A stretch of DNA of 64,000 nucleotides from Anaerolineaceae bacterium (GTDB lineage Bacteria; Chloroflexota; Anaerolineae; Anaerolineales; Anaerolineaceae): assembly GCA_036825115.1 (NCBI GenBank), contig DAISYV010000001.1:11-64010 (forward strand), read 5' to 3'. A program made the position numbers and the translations under genes. Position 1 is the first letter of the stretch, and the number at the start of each line of letters is the position of its first letter. The notes under the pieces were generated by a model. The model did not search any database. It saw nothing but the letters and a program-made list of their open reading frames with translations, and had not been told where the DNA came from. This document shows, one piece after another, positions 56,780 through 64,000 of the stretch.

Positions 56780-57175
56780 ATGAAATCCAGAAAGAAGGAA
56801 ACCGAGCAATTCATCCGGGGCAGAAGAAATTCATTCCAATACGCGTTTGCAGGCATCAAATATGTGCTAAAGACTCAAAAAAATGCCTGGCTTCATTTAG
56901 CAGCAACTGTGATTGTGGTAGCTGTTTCGCTTTGGTTGAGGATTGATCGGATCAAATGGATGGCCATCCTGTTGGTGATTGGGTTGGTTTGGATGGCGGA
57001 GTTTATGAATACCGCGCTTGAAATCATTGTAGATCTGGCCAGTCCGGAAAAGCATCCCCTCGCGAAAGTTGGTAAGGATGTTGGAGCGGCTTCAGTGTTG
57101 ATAGCTGCTAGTCTGGCTGTTATCATCGGGGTGCTTGTGCTTTGGCAACCTCTGATTGATAAATTGGGTTGGTGA
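56780..57175 (+). CDS. dgkA: diacylglycerol/undecaprenol kinase (DgkA family)
   Basis: 131 aa with three TM helices, FQYAFAGIKYVLKTQKNAWLH and EFMNTALEIIVD. Confidence 0.85.
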   Translation: MKSRKKETEQFIRGRRNSFQYAFAGIKYVLKTQKNAWLHLAATVIVVAVSLWLRIDRIKWMAILLVIGLVWMAEFMNTALEIIVDLASPEKHPLAKVGKDVGAASVLIAASLAVIIGVLVLWQPLIDKLGW

Positions 57176-57193
57176 TCTGAATAAGCTTTTGGA

Positions 57194-57222
57194 TTGAAAT
57201 TGAACCTAAATGCTTGTATACT
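57194..57222 (+). promoter_or_regulatory. sigma70-like promoter (-35 TTGAAA, 17-nt spacer, -10 TATACT) for trxA
   Basis: Read directly from the sequence, 30 nt upstream of ATG 57252, with the SD GGAGG. Confidence 0.55.
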
Positions 57223-57251
57223 GTAACAAATTAACCGGAGGATTTTTTATA

Positions 57252-57599
57252 ATGATCGAAGAACCTATTCATGTTACAGATGCCGCTTTCCAAAAGTCTG
57301 TCATCGAGAACACTTTACCCGTAATTGTCGATTTTTGGGCCCCCTGGTGTGGCCCTTGCCGCATGGTTGCTCCCATCCTTGACAAAATTGCCAAGGAAAA
57401 CGCTGGCAAACTCATTGTAGCTAAAGTCAATACTGATGAGAATCAGGAATGGGCTGGCAAGTATGGGGTACAGGGTATCCCCACCATGCTGATGTTGAAG
57501 GATGGCAAGATCGTCCATCGCCAGGTCGGCGCTTTACCTGAACCAATGCTGAAGGACACTGTCAAGCAATTTCTGGAAGTCTGCGAAGCTCAGAAGTAA
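57252..57599 (+). CDS. trxA: thioredoxin
   Basis: VDFWAPWCGPCR active site; about 115 aa from ATG 57252. Confidence 0.93.
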   Translation: MIEEPIHVTDAAFQKSVIENTLPVIVDFWAPWCGPCRMVAPILDKIAKENAGKLIVAKVNTDENQEWAGKYGVQGIPTMLMLKDGKIVHRQVGALPEPMLKDTVKQFLEVCEAQK

Positions 57600-57620
57600 A
57601 AGGACTTAACTTAAATTAAT

Positions 57621-57655
57621 GAGGTTGGTCAAATCAACACCAACCTCTTTTTTTT
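57621..57655 (+). terminator. rho-independent terminator after trxA (convergent with murA)
   Basis: GAGGTTGGT-caaatcaac-ACCAACCTC followed by T8. Confidence 0.85.
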
Positions 57656-57682
57656 ATCCCTAAACGAATATCTAATTTGAAT

Positions 57683-58966
57683 CTAGGCTTTTTCCCGGAT
57701 GATTTCGGCTCCTAGCCCGCGTAACTTTTCCTCAATGCGTTCGTAACCGCGATCAATTTGGGCAACGTTTCGGATAGTGGAAGTGCCATTAGCTGATAAC
57801 GCTGCAAGGACCAGGGCGATACCTGCCCGAATATCCGGACTATCCAGCTTTTCTGCGTTAAGACGAGTTGGCCCATTAACAATACAGCGATGAGGATCAC
57901 AAAGAACCACTTGGGCTCCCATGGAGACCAATTTGTCAGTGAAGAACATGCGGCTGGGATACATCCAATCGTGGAAGAGAATCGTGCCGGTAGACTGGGT
58001 GGCTATCACGATGGCAATACTCATCAGATCAGTCGGGAAGGCAGGCCAGGGCATCACGCTGATCTCAGGAATGGCGTTGCCCAAATCTGGTTCGATCACC
58101 AGGCGTTGATTGGCACCCACGAGGATGTCATCACCAATGAAAGTCATGTCAACCCCAAGCCGTTTCAGGACCATTTTGATCATCGCAAGATGCTCAACCC
58201 CGGCATTTTTGATGCGGATCTCACCATGGGTCACGACAGCAGCACCAACAAAACTGATTACTTCCAGGTAATCGGGTCCGATGGTGAATTCAGTACCATG
58301 GAGCGTTTCTTTCCCTTCGATAACCAGGGTGTTTGAGCCTATGTTCTGGATGCCAGCGCCCATTGCGTTCAGCAGTTTGCATAGTTCCTGGATGTGGGGC
58401 TCTGAGGCAGCATTTCGTATAGTCGTTGTGCCGTTGGCAAGCACAGCAGCCATAATCGTGTTTTCTGTTGCTGTCACACTGGCTTCATCGAGCAGGATAT
58501 CAGTTCCTTGAAGCCTTTCGGATTTGAAATCAAATATGCCATTAAACTTGAAAGTAGCGCCGAGTTTCTCCAGCGCCATCACATGCGTGTCAACACGGCG
58601 CCGTCCAATGACATCTCCACCGGGTGGAGGAAGCACCAGATCACCAAAACGGGCAATCATCGGACCTGCCAGGAGGATTGAAGCACGAATTTGGCGGCAA
58701 AGATCCGGGTCAAGATCGGATGGGGTGATATTCTTTGCCTGCAAACGCCAGGAAGATGGGTTTTCCAGCACCTCAATTTGCATGCCAAGGCTCTCAAGGA
58801 GCTCTCGCATGGTTTGGGTGTCCTTAATATTCGGCATGTTGTGCAAAATAACAGGCTCTTCTGTCAGAAGGCAGGCTGCCATCATCGGTAAAGCAGCATT
58901 CTTATTGCCAGAAGGCTGCATTGTGCCTCGTAGTGGTCGCCCCCCGGTAATAACAAATTTGTCCAT
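57683..58966 (-). CDS. murA: UDP-N-acetylglucosamine 1-carboxyvinyltransferase
   Basis: MDKFVITGGRPLRGTMQPSGNKNAALP..; 427 aa EPSP-synthase fold. Confidence 0.95.
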   Translation of the reverse strand: MDKFVITGGRPLRGTMQPSGNKNAALPMMAACLLTEEPVILHNMPNIKDTQTMRELLESLGMQIEVLENPSSWRLQAKNITPSDLDPDLCRQIRASILLAGPMIARFGDLVLPPPGGDVIGRRRVDTHVMALEKLGATFKFNGIFDFKSERLQGTDILLDEASVTATENTIMAAVLANGTTTIRNAASEPHIQELCKLLNAMGAGIQNIGSNTLVIEGKETLHGTEFTIGPDYLEVISFVGAAVVTHGEIRIKNAGVEHLAMIKMVLKRLGVDMTFIGDDILVGANQRLVIEPDLGNAIPEISVMPWPAFPTDLMSIAIVIATQSTGTILFHDWMYPSRMFFTDKLVSMGAQVVLCDPHRCIVNGPTRLNAEKLDSPDIRAGIALVLAALSANGTSTIRNVAQIDRGYERIEEKLRGLGAEIIREKA

Positions 58967-58992
58967 CAGACCTCCAATCAGAAGTTGTTTGG

Positions 58993-60585
58993 TTAGTAAA
59001 TGCGAGGTCCTGCTTCCGCTACAGCGAGGGAAACCGAATCGCGATACTTTTCAAAATTTTTGGCAAATTGCTTTGCAAGTAGGGTTGCTTCCTCGTGATA
59101 GCCACCTTCATCGCTCCATGAAAGTTCTGGATTCAGAACTTCCTTTGGAACACCAGGAACTTCATCAGGAATTTCAACCCCAAAAATCGGGTGAGTATGT
59201 GTCGCAACCTGATCCAATGCGCTGCTCAGAACGGCTGAGATCATTGCCCTGGTCAAAGGCAGGGCGATGCGCTGACCAACACCAAAGCCACCGCCAGACC
59301 AACCGGTATTCAGCAGCCACACCTGAGTGCTGTGTTTGGTCAACTTTTTGGACAGCAATTCAGCATATACTGTTGGCTTGAGGGGCAGGAATGGATCGCC
59401 AAAACATGTTGAGAAAGTAGCCTTGGGTTTATCGCCCAGACCGCGTTCTGTACCTGCGAGTTTGGAGGTGTAGCCGCTCAGGAAGTAGTACATTGCCTGG
59501 GCATTGCTGAGTTTTGCCAGTGGAGGCATGACGCCAAAAGCGTCCGCAGTCAAAAAGAAAATGTGATTTGGATGTCCGCCCATACCACTTGGCTCATAAT
59601 TTGAGATGAACTCCAGGGGGTAGGATGCACGGGTATTTTCGGTGATGGCGTTGGAGTCGAAATCAGGGTGATGTTTCTCGTCCAGGGGGACATCTTCAAT
59701 TAAGCAACCAAAACGGTTGATCGCAGACCAGACCAGGGGCTCGTATTTCGGATTGATCCGGATGGTTTTCGCGTAACAACCACCCTCAAAATTGAACATA
59801 CCATTATCGCTCCAGCCGTGCTCGTCATCGCCAATTAAGGCGCGTTCCGGATCAGAAGAAAGTGTGGTTTTGCCAGTACCGCTGAGCCCAAAGAAGAGTG
59901 CCACACTGCCATCGTGACCCTTGTTTGCTGAACAGTGCAGGGGGAGGATGCCCTTTTTCGGAAGCAGGTAATTCATAAAAGTGAAGACGGATTTTTTAAT
60001 TTCGCCACCGTAAAGCGTGCTGCCAACCAGAATTTTTTTAGCATCAAAATTCAGGATAACCATTGCTGGCGATCGCAAGCCGTCTGCTTGTGGATCTGCC
60101 GCGAATTGAGAGGACACCAAAATGGTGAAATCAGGATCAATGTGCGTTTCACCCGACTTGGTTTCGATAAACATATTCAAAGCTGCCAGATTCTGCCAGG
60201 CAAGATCTGTGATTACCCTAACCCGGGCAGTGTAATCAGGGTCGGCGCCAACAAATACATCCCGAACGTAAAGTCGCTGGGTGTTCATTTTTTGTACGAG
60301 TTTAGCTTGCAGATTAGAGAATTGCTCCTCTGAAAGAGATTCTGTGCCAGAGGCAAACCAAAGATCCGGATCCCCATTTTCGATCAGGTACTTGTCGTTT
60401 GGAGAACGTCCAGTGTAGGGTGAATTGTCAACTACCAAAGCTCCTGAGTCGCTAAATTTGCCTTCGCCATCCAGGACAGCATGAGTGATCAGATCAGCCT
60501 TATCAAGGTTGTACCGAATATCCTTTACGTCACATAATCCTAATTTCTCCAACTCAGATCTTAATGCTTCGCTCAATGTTTCCAT
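58993..60585 (-). CDS. pckA: phosphoenolpyruvate carboxykinase (ATP)
   Basis: FFGLSGTGKTTLS, IGDDEHGW, and GGCYAK. Confidence 0.95.
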   Translation of the reverse strand: METLSEALRSELEKLGLCDVKDIRYNLDKADLITHAVLDGEGKFSDSGALVVDNSPYTGRSPNDKYLIENGDPDLWFASGTESLSEEQFSNLQAKLVQKMNTQRLYVRDVFVGADPDYTARVRVITDLAWQNLAALNMFIETKSGETHIDPDFTILVSSQFAADPQADGLRSPAMVILNFDAKKILVGSTLYGGEIKKSVFTFMNYLLPKKGILPLHCSANKGHDGSVALFFGLSGTGKTTLSSDPERALIGDDEHGWSDNGMFNFEGGCYAKTIRINPKYEPLVWSAINRFGCLIEDVPLDEKHHPDFDSNAITENTRASYPLEFISNYEPSGMGGHPNHIFFLTADAFGVMPPLAKLSNAQAMYYFLSGYTSKLAGTERGLGDKPKATFSTCFGDPFLPLKPTVYAELLSKKLTKHSTQVWLLNTGWSGGGFGVGQRIALPLTRAMISAVLSSALDQVATHTHPIFGVEIPDEVPGVPKEVLNPELSWSDEGGYHEEATLLAKQFAKNFEKYRDSVSLAVAEAGPRIY

Positions 60586-60596
60586 TTACCTTCCTC

Positions 60597-63020
60597 TTAC
60601 TTGTTTAGTGTGGTGAGACTAATAAAAGAATTCATAGCTGGCTTTCCGTAGATTGATGAAGAAAAGTCAGTCAATTGCAAGACAGGGAAGAAACCGCGCG
60701 CGCTGATGCCGCTGACCCAACCTCTTTGTGCCAAAACGGCGGTGTAGACCTGGTAAAAGTAATCCTGCGAAACAAGATCCACATTGCCTGGGCCATATTG
60801 CGGGTTAGAGGGACTAACCAACAGGCCATTCGCTGTCTCAGAATCGATCCGATTACTCGTGAGAGAGGCTGCGTTAAGACCAAAGAATAGCGGTTTTTCA
60901 ACCACTTCGTAGAACGCGTAAATAGTCCCGTCAAGGTAAGTTCCCACAGAGTTCTGGTCATACGCATAGGCTTGTAGATTCTGATCACTCATGATTAGGT
61001 AAAAACCATCGACCTGGTCAAAAAAGCTGTAAGGATTGAGATTTCCATTGTCGGCAGGCATGCCAAACAACAATTGACCGGTGTAGTAAGTGTTGACTTT
61101 TGTGAGGAGATCGGTCCAGAGCTGTTCTGCGGTTTTGGGAGTTCCAAAATTGGTTCCAATAGTTTTGATTGCACCAGGAAGGCTTGATTCAACGCCGTTT
61201 CCCCCAATGATTAACTGATCAACCGCGTTTACATTCGCAAACTGGCTGTAACTCATGATAAAACGTTCATACTCTGCGTACCACTGCTGCCACCACGATT
61301 GGCTTTTTTCAGAGTTCTCCCACCAGCTTTGTGGTGAGGAAGTGGGAAAAATGATCTGCGGGTAAATCGCAACTGTAAAACCCCTGGACTTTGCTAAGGC
61401 AACAATCTCCGCCATTTCACTCAGCAATGCGGAAGAATTGGCATCAAACTCAAGATTAGGCAAACCATTTCTTTCCATCACAGTCCAGGAAGGGGTAAGT
61501 ATCAGCCAGTTGACCCCATATTCTTTCAAATCATCTGGAAGCTGTCGGTAACGGCTAAGAAAACTTGGATCGTACCCGGGCATCAGTTCCACACCAATGA
61601 GATGGCTGGTTTGTGCTACATTTGTATTTATCGGAACAGACTCATCAGCACTCCAAGAAGTCCAGCTTTCAATTTGACTTGTTTGGGGTGAATCAGAAAT
61701 ATATTCAATACGGTAAGGATTGGCGCTGCTTATGGGGTCTACAGATAAATCTGCCTGATCATTCCTGGCAAAACGATAGGTGACCGTCCCCAGGCTGGAG
61801 CTGCCAAAGAAAAGATACATCCACTGGTTGTTATCCATCAGCCACATGGGAATGGGGTTATGGGCGTGGTTGGTGAAAAACTGAATACTGACGCTATCCT
61901 CCAGCGGTGTCCCACCAGGAGCTTGTGCGATGATGGTCGTGGGTTTTTGGTCATCAATCCGCCATGTGGTCACTTGGTCGGTGATTGTCACATCCTTGTC
62001 AGGTAGTGTTATCGTTCTCAAATACAAAGCCCCATTTTGATCTCGTTCAGCATTGATGTAGCCATTACCCAGCGTGTACTTGTAGCGAAAAACGTTGCCC
62101 GCGTGCAGATTGAGTTGAATTGAGTAACTCCCATCTTCGTTGCGCGACATAAGAGGCATGCGTGAAGCGTAAGACCCTTGAAGGAATTCATTGAATATTA
62201 CACCGCCCTGCGCGTAGTTACCAGAAATTCTAACGGGCGCGCCAACAGCGTCGGTCAGTGGCAAGAGGTTAAAAGTTACCTTTATCTCTGGTAATGGCAT
62301 CATTTGAATCACAGCCGGGGTCGAGAGGTCCGCCACGAGGTTTGCCTGCTGTTGGAAGGTAACATGACCACCGTCAATTGTTACCGCACTAAGGGTGTGA
62401 ACCCCAACTGGCAGGTCGTTAAGCACAAACCTTCCCGTCATGTCTGTAAAGGTCTGATATCCTGCAACGTTGACCAGAACATCTGGAAGAGGTTGGTTGC
62501 TTTTGCTGTCGTGAACAATGCCGTTCAGATCGGCGGTTTCACCAGTATAAGGCGTGTTTGGCCAACCCGAAATGGTATCCTGGAACACTGCGCTCTGTTG
62601 CACAAAGGCAATGCGGTATCCCAATGGCGTGCCGTCCGCCTTTTGCTCCGCAACCTCAAGTGGAGCAGTCATTACATAGCGATATCGCAGTGTGTCGTTT
62701 TCGGGAAGCATTAATGTGCCCAAAAATTTCCCGTCTGGTTGGCGAGTTAGCGGATAACGTTCCATGTTGTAAAGCATTCCACTGACTTCATCAAAAACAT
62801 CGATTGCCAGTTGAGTGTCTTCTGATGCTGGAATGCGCAATTCCACCAAGAATTCTTGCGGGATTAATTCTGGAGTTGTAACGTTTCCTGGAATGTCGGG
62901 GGCTTTTGTGGGGACTGGTTTGTCGACAGGATCAATCTGGATCGCGCATCCAAACAGAAAACTGACCGCTAACAAACTCAAGATAAGCCGGAGGGTTGTT
63001 TGATTTTTTTTCGATGGCAT
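60597..63020 (-). CDS. large hypothetical lipoprotein with carboxypeptidase-regulatory-like beta-sandwich and C-terminal TIM-barrel glycosidase-like region
   Basis: Lipobox LLAVSFLFGCAIQ. GIVHDSKSNQPLPDVLVNVAGYQTFTDMTGRFVLNDLPVGVHTLS looks like a CarboxypepD_reg domain. The C-terminal ~330 aa have alternating beta/alpha character. The domain calls are by eye only. Confidence 0.55.
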   Translation of the reverse strand: MPSKKNQTTLRLILSLLAVSFLFGCAIQIDPVDKPVPTKAPDIPGNVTTPELIPQEFLVELRIPASEDTQLAIDVFDEVSGMLYNMERYPLTRQPDGKFLGTLMLPENDTLRYRYVMTAPLEVAEQKADGTPLGYRIAFVQQSAVFQDTISGWPNTPYTGETADLNGIVHDSKSNQPLPDVLVNVAGYQTFTDMTGRFVLNDLPVGVHTLSAVTIDGGHVTFQQQANLVADLSTPAVIQMMPLPEIKVTFNLLPLTDAVGAPVRISGNYAQGGVIFNEFLQGSYASRMPLMSRNEDGSYSIQLNLHAGNVFRYKYTLGNGYINAERDQNGALYLRTITLPDKDVTITDQVTTWRIDDQKPTTIIAQAPGGTPLEDSVSIQFFTNHAHNPIPMWLMDNNQWMYLFFGSSSLGTVTYRFARNDQADLSVDPISSANPYRIEYISDSPQTSQIESWTSWSADESVPINTNVAQTSHLIGVELMPGYDPSFLSRYRQLPDDLKEYGVNWLILTPSWTVMERNGLPNLEFDANSSALLSEMAEIVALAKSRGFTVAIYPQIIFPTSSPQSWWENSEKSQSWWQQWYAEYERFIMSYSQFANVNAVDQLIIGGNGVESSLPGAIKTIGTNFGTPKTAEQLWTDLLTKVNTYYTGQLLFGMPADNGNLNPYSFFDQVDGFYLIMSDQNLQAYAYDQNSVGTYLDGTIYAFYEVVEKPLFFGLNAASLTSNRIDSETANGLLVSPSNPQYGPGNVDLVSQDYFYQVYTAVLAQRGWVSGISARGFFPVLQLTDFSSSIYGKPAMNSFISLTTLNK

Positions 63021-63029
63021 ACCAACCTG

Positions 63030-63458
63030 CTATTTGTGTAGAGTCTGTGTAATCGTCTCGATATTATCAGCAAGACTGCCTAATACACCGTTCACAAAGC
63101 GGGCGGAACTATCAGTTCCAAAAGCCTTAGCCAGTTCGACTGCTTCGTTTATTCCAACTTTAAGAGGTGTTTTTCGGTAAACTGCCACTTCCCATAAAGC
63201 CAGCCTCAAAATGTTTCGATCAATTACAGCCACTTGATCCAAAGGCCATTCGGGAGCGTGTTCAGCGATCAATGAATCCAGTCGATCCGCATACTCGCGT
63301 ACTCCTGCAGTTAACATTCGCGCAAATTCAAACTGGGTCTCGTCAAGACCCATTGCGCCAGCCCTGTCAGCAACGACCTCACCGAGCAAATGATCGGTGA
63401 GGTCGAGCTCGTAAAGTGATTGGAGGGCACAAATGCGCGACTCTGTCCTTGATTTCAT
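63030..63458 (-). CDS. nusB: transcription antitermination factor NusB
   Basis: SRTESRICALQSLYELD.., ..DRNILRLALWE.., FVNGVLG. Confidence 0.92.
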   Translation of the reverse strand: MKSRTESRICALQSLYELDLTDHLLGEVVADRAGAMGLDETQFEFARMLTAGVREYADRLDSLIAEHAPEWPLDQVAVIDRNILRLALWEVAVYRKTPLKVGINEAVELAKAFGTDSSARFVNGVLGSLADNIETITQTLHK

Positions 63459-63463
63459 TGCAC

Positions 63464-63784
63464 CTACGCTTCTAAATCGATATCGGTTACATGTACGTCT
63501 ACACGAGCAACTTCCATGCCAACCATTTCTGTGATCGCCCTCTTGACTCTTTTTTGGACTTCCTGAGCCACAAGACGGACGTTTTCTTCACTACCAGGGA
63601 TAATGTAGATCTCAACCTCAATTGTTTCCTCCTGAACTGAGACCTTCACTCCATCCTCGGGTACATTGCTCAAACCTTCGCGACTGCTCAGCCGGCTAAC
63701 GCCTGGCGTGGCCAGGGTGGTCAGCTTGGCGATGGTATGCAGCACGCTTGGCGCGATTGTTGTTTTTCCAGTTGTTTCGTCCAT
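63464..63784 (-). CDS. Asp23/Gls24 family envelope-stress (alkaline shock) protein
   Basis: IAPSVLHTIAKLTTLATPGV..VEIYIIPGSEENV..VGMEVARVDVHVTDI. Confidence 0.85.
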   Translation of the reverse strand: MDETTGKTTIAPSVLHTIAKLTTLATPGVSRLSSREGLSNVPEDGVKVSVQEETIEVEIYIIPGSEENVRLVAQEVQKRVKRAITEMVGMEVARVDVHVTDIDLEA

Positions 63785-63796
63785 GATCTCTCTCTT

Positions 63797-64000
63797 CTAC
63801 AACAGGTAACCTGTCAATAAAACACCTAAGAGAGCAGTTTCATCCTTACTTAATGGAAACTTCTCTATTTGTGTGGTGATCTTTTCATAAAGGGTGTCGA
63901 AGTCAATCCCTTCAGGCCAACCTTCAAGAAAAGTGTTAACCGAGTCTGGATAGTCCGCGACAGCCTGCTCTGAAATGGAAAACCCAAGATCCACCAGGAT
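63797..64000 (-). CDS. hypothetical protein, C-terminal part (frame is open to the right window edge)
   Basis: The frame continues upstream of track start 63994 with no stop before position 64000. I recognise no motif. Confidence 0.4.
   Translation of the reverse strand: MLVDLGFSISEQAVADYPDSVNTFLEGWPEGIDFDTLYEKITTQIEKFPLSKDETALLGVLLTGYLL

Noticed and set aside
58524-59381. 285-aa plus-strand ORF spanning the murA start and the pckA end
   Set aside because: It is antisense to two well-supported genes, crosses their intergenic spacer, has shadow-ORF composition (R/S/P-rich), and has no start context.
1-64000. Searched by eye for CRISPR arrays, transposases/IS ends, integrases next to the two tRNA genes, prophage genes, toxin-antitoxin pairs and known defence-system gene sets
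   Set aside because: None found. Both tRNA genes are flanked by ordinary genes, with no direct repeat of the tRNA 3' end. YraN and the helicase pair are the only nuclease/helicase-type genes, and both sit in housekeeping contexts.

Overview
This window is a gene-dense, mostly housekeeping chromosomal segment of a bacterium. The protein set and operon style look Chloroflexota/Anaerolineae-like to me, but that is an impression, not a search result. I can support about 64 protein-coding genes, 2 tRNAs (Thr-CGU, Gly-CCC), several intrinsic terminators and a set of sigma70-like promoters. Three of the genes are absent from the ORF track: an edge-truncated UvrD-type helicase, a 57-aa L34 gene and a 46-aa membrane micro-ORF. 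Recognisable blocks:
- AddB/AddA-like helicase pair, at the left edge
- ADP-forming acetyl-CoA synthetase
- gyrB-dinB
- rpmH-rnpA-yidD-(PQQ propeller)-yidC-jag
- pdp and typA
- Wzz/Wzy-like pair
- idi2 and GGPP synthase
- comFC-hpf
- folE/folB/SDR
- tkt and a tal-pgi fusion
- ruvX-mltG-ppgK
- cinA, an mtaD-CYTH fusion, glgA, malQ
- yraN-miaA
- ftsH
- efp plus a Cys-rich ORF
- trxA
- asp23-nusB-lipoprotein-pckA-murA

I see no CRISPR array, transposase, integrase, prophage or recognisable defence system, and I cannot honestly claim a clear novel multi-gene system. The items most worth a second look are:
- a roughly 400-nt ORF-free, hairpin-dense region between dinB and the tRNA-Thr promoter (candidate structured ncRNA)
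- an SPFH (YdjI-like) protein fused to an excisionase-type HTH, with a helical partner gene
- an MtaD deaminase-CYTH fusion
- an Arg32-type EF-P co-transcribed with an 8-Cys small protein
- apparently leaderless transcripts
- a CTG-initiated rsfS

All function calls rest on motif recognition by eye. No database search was run.
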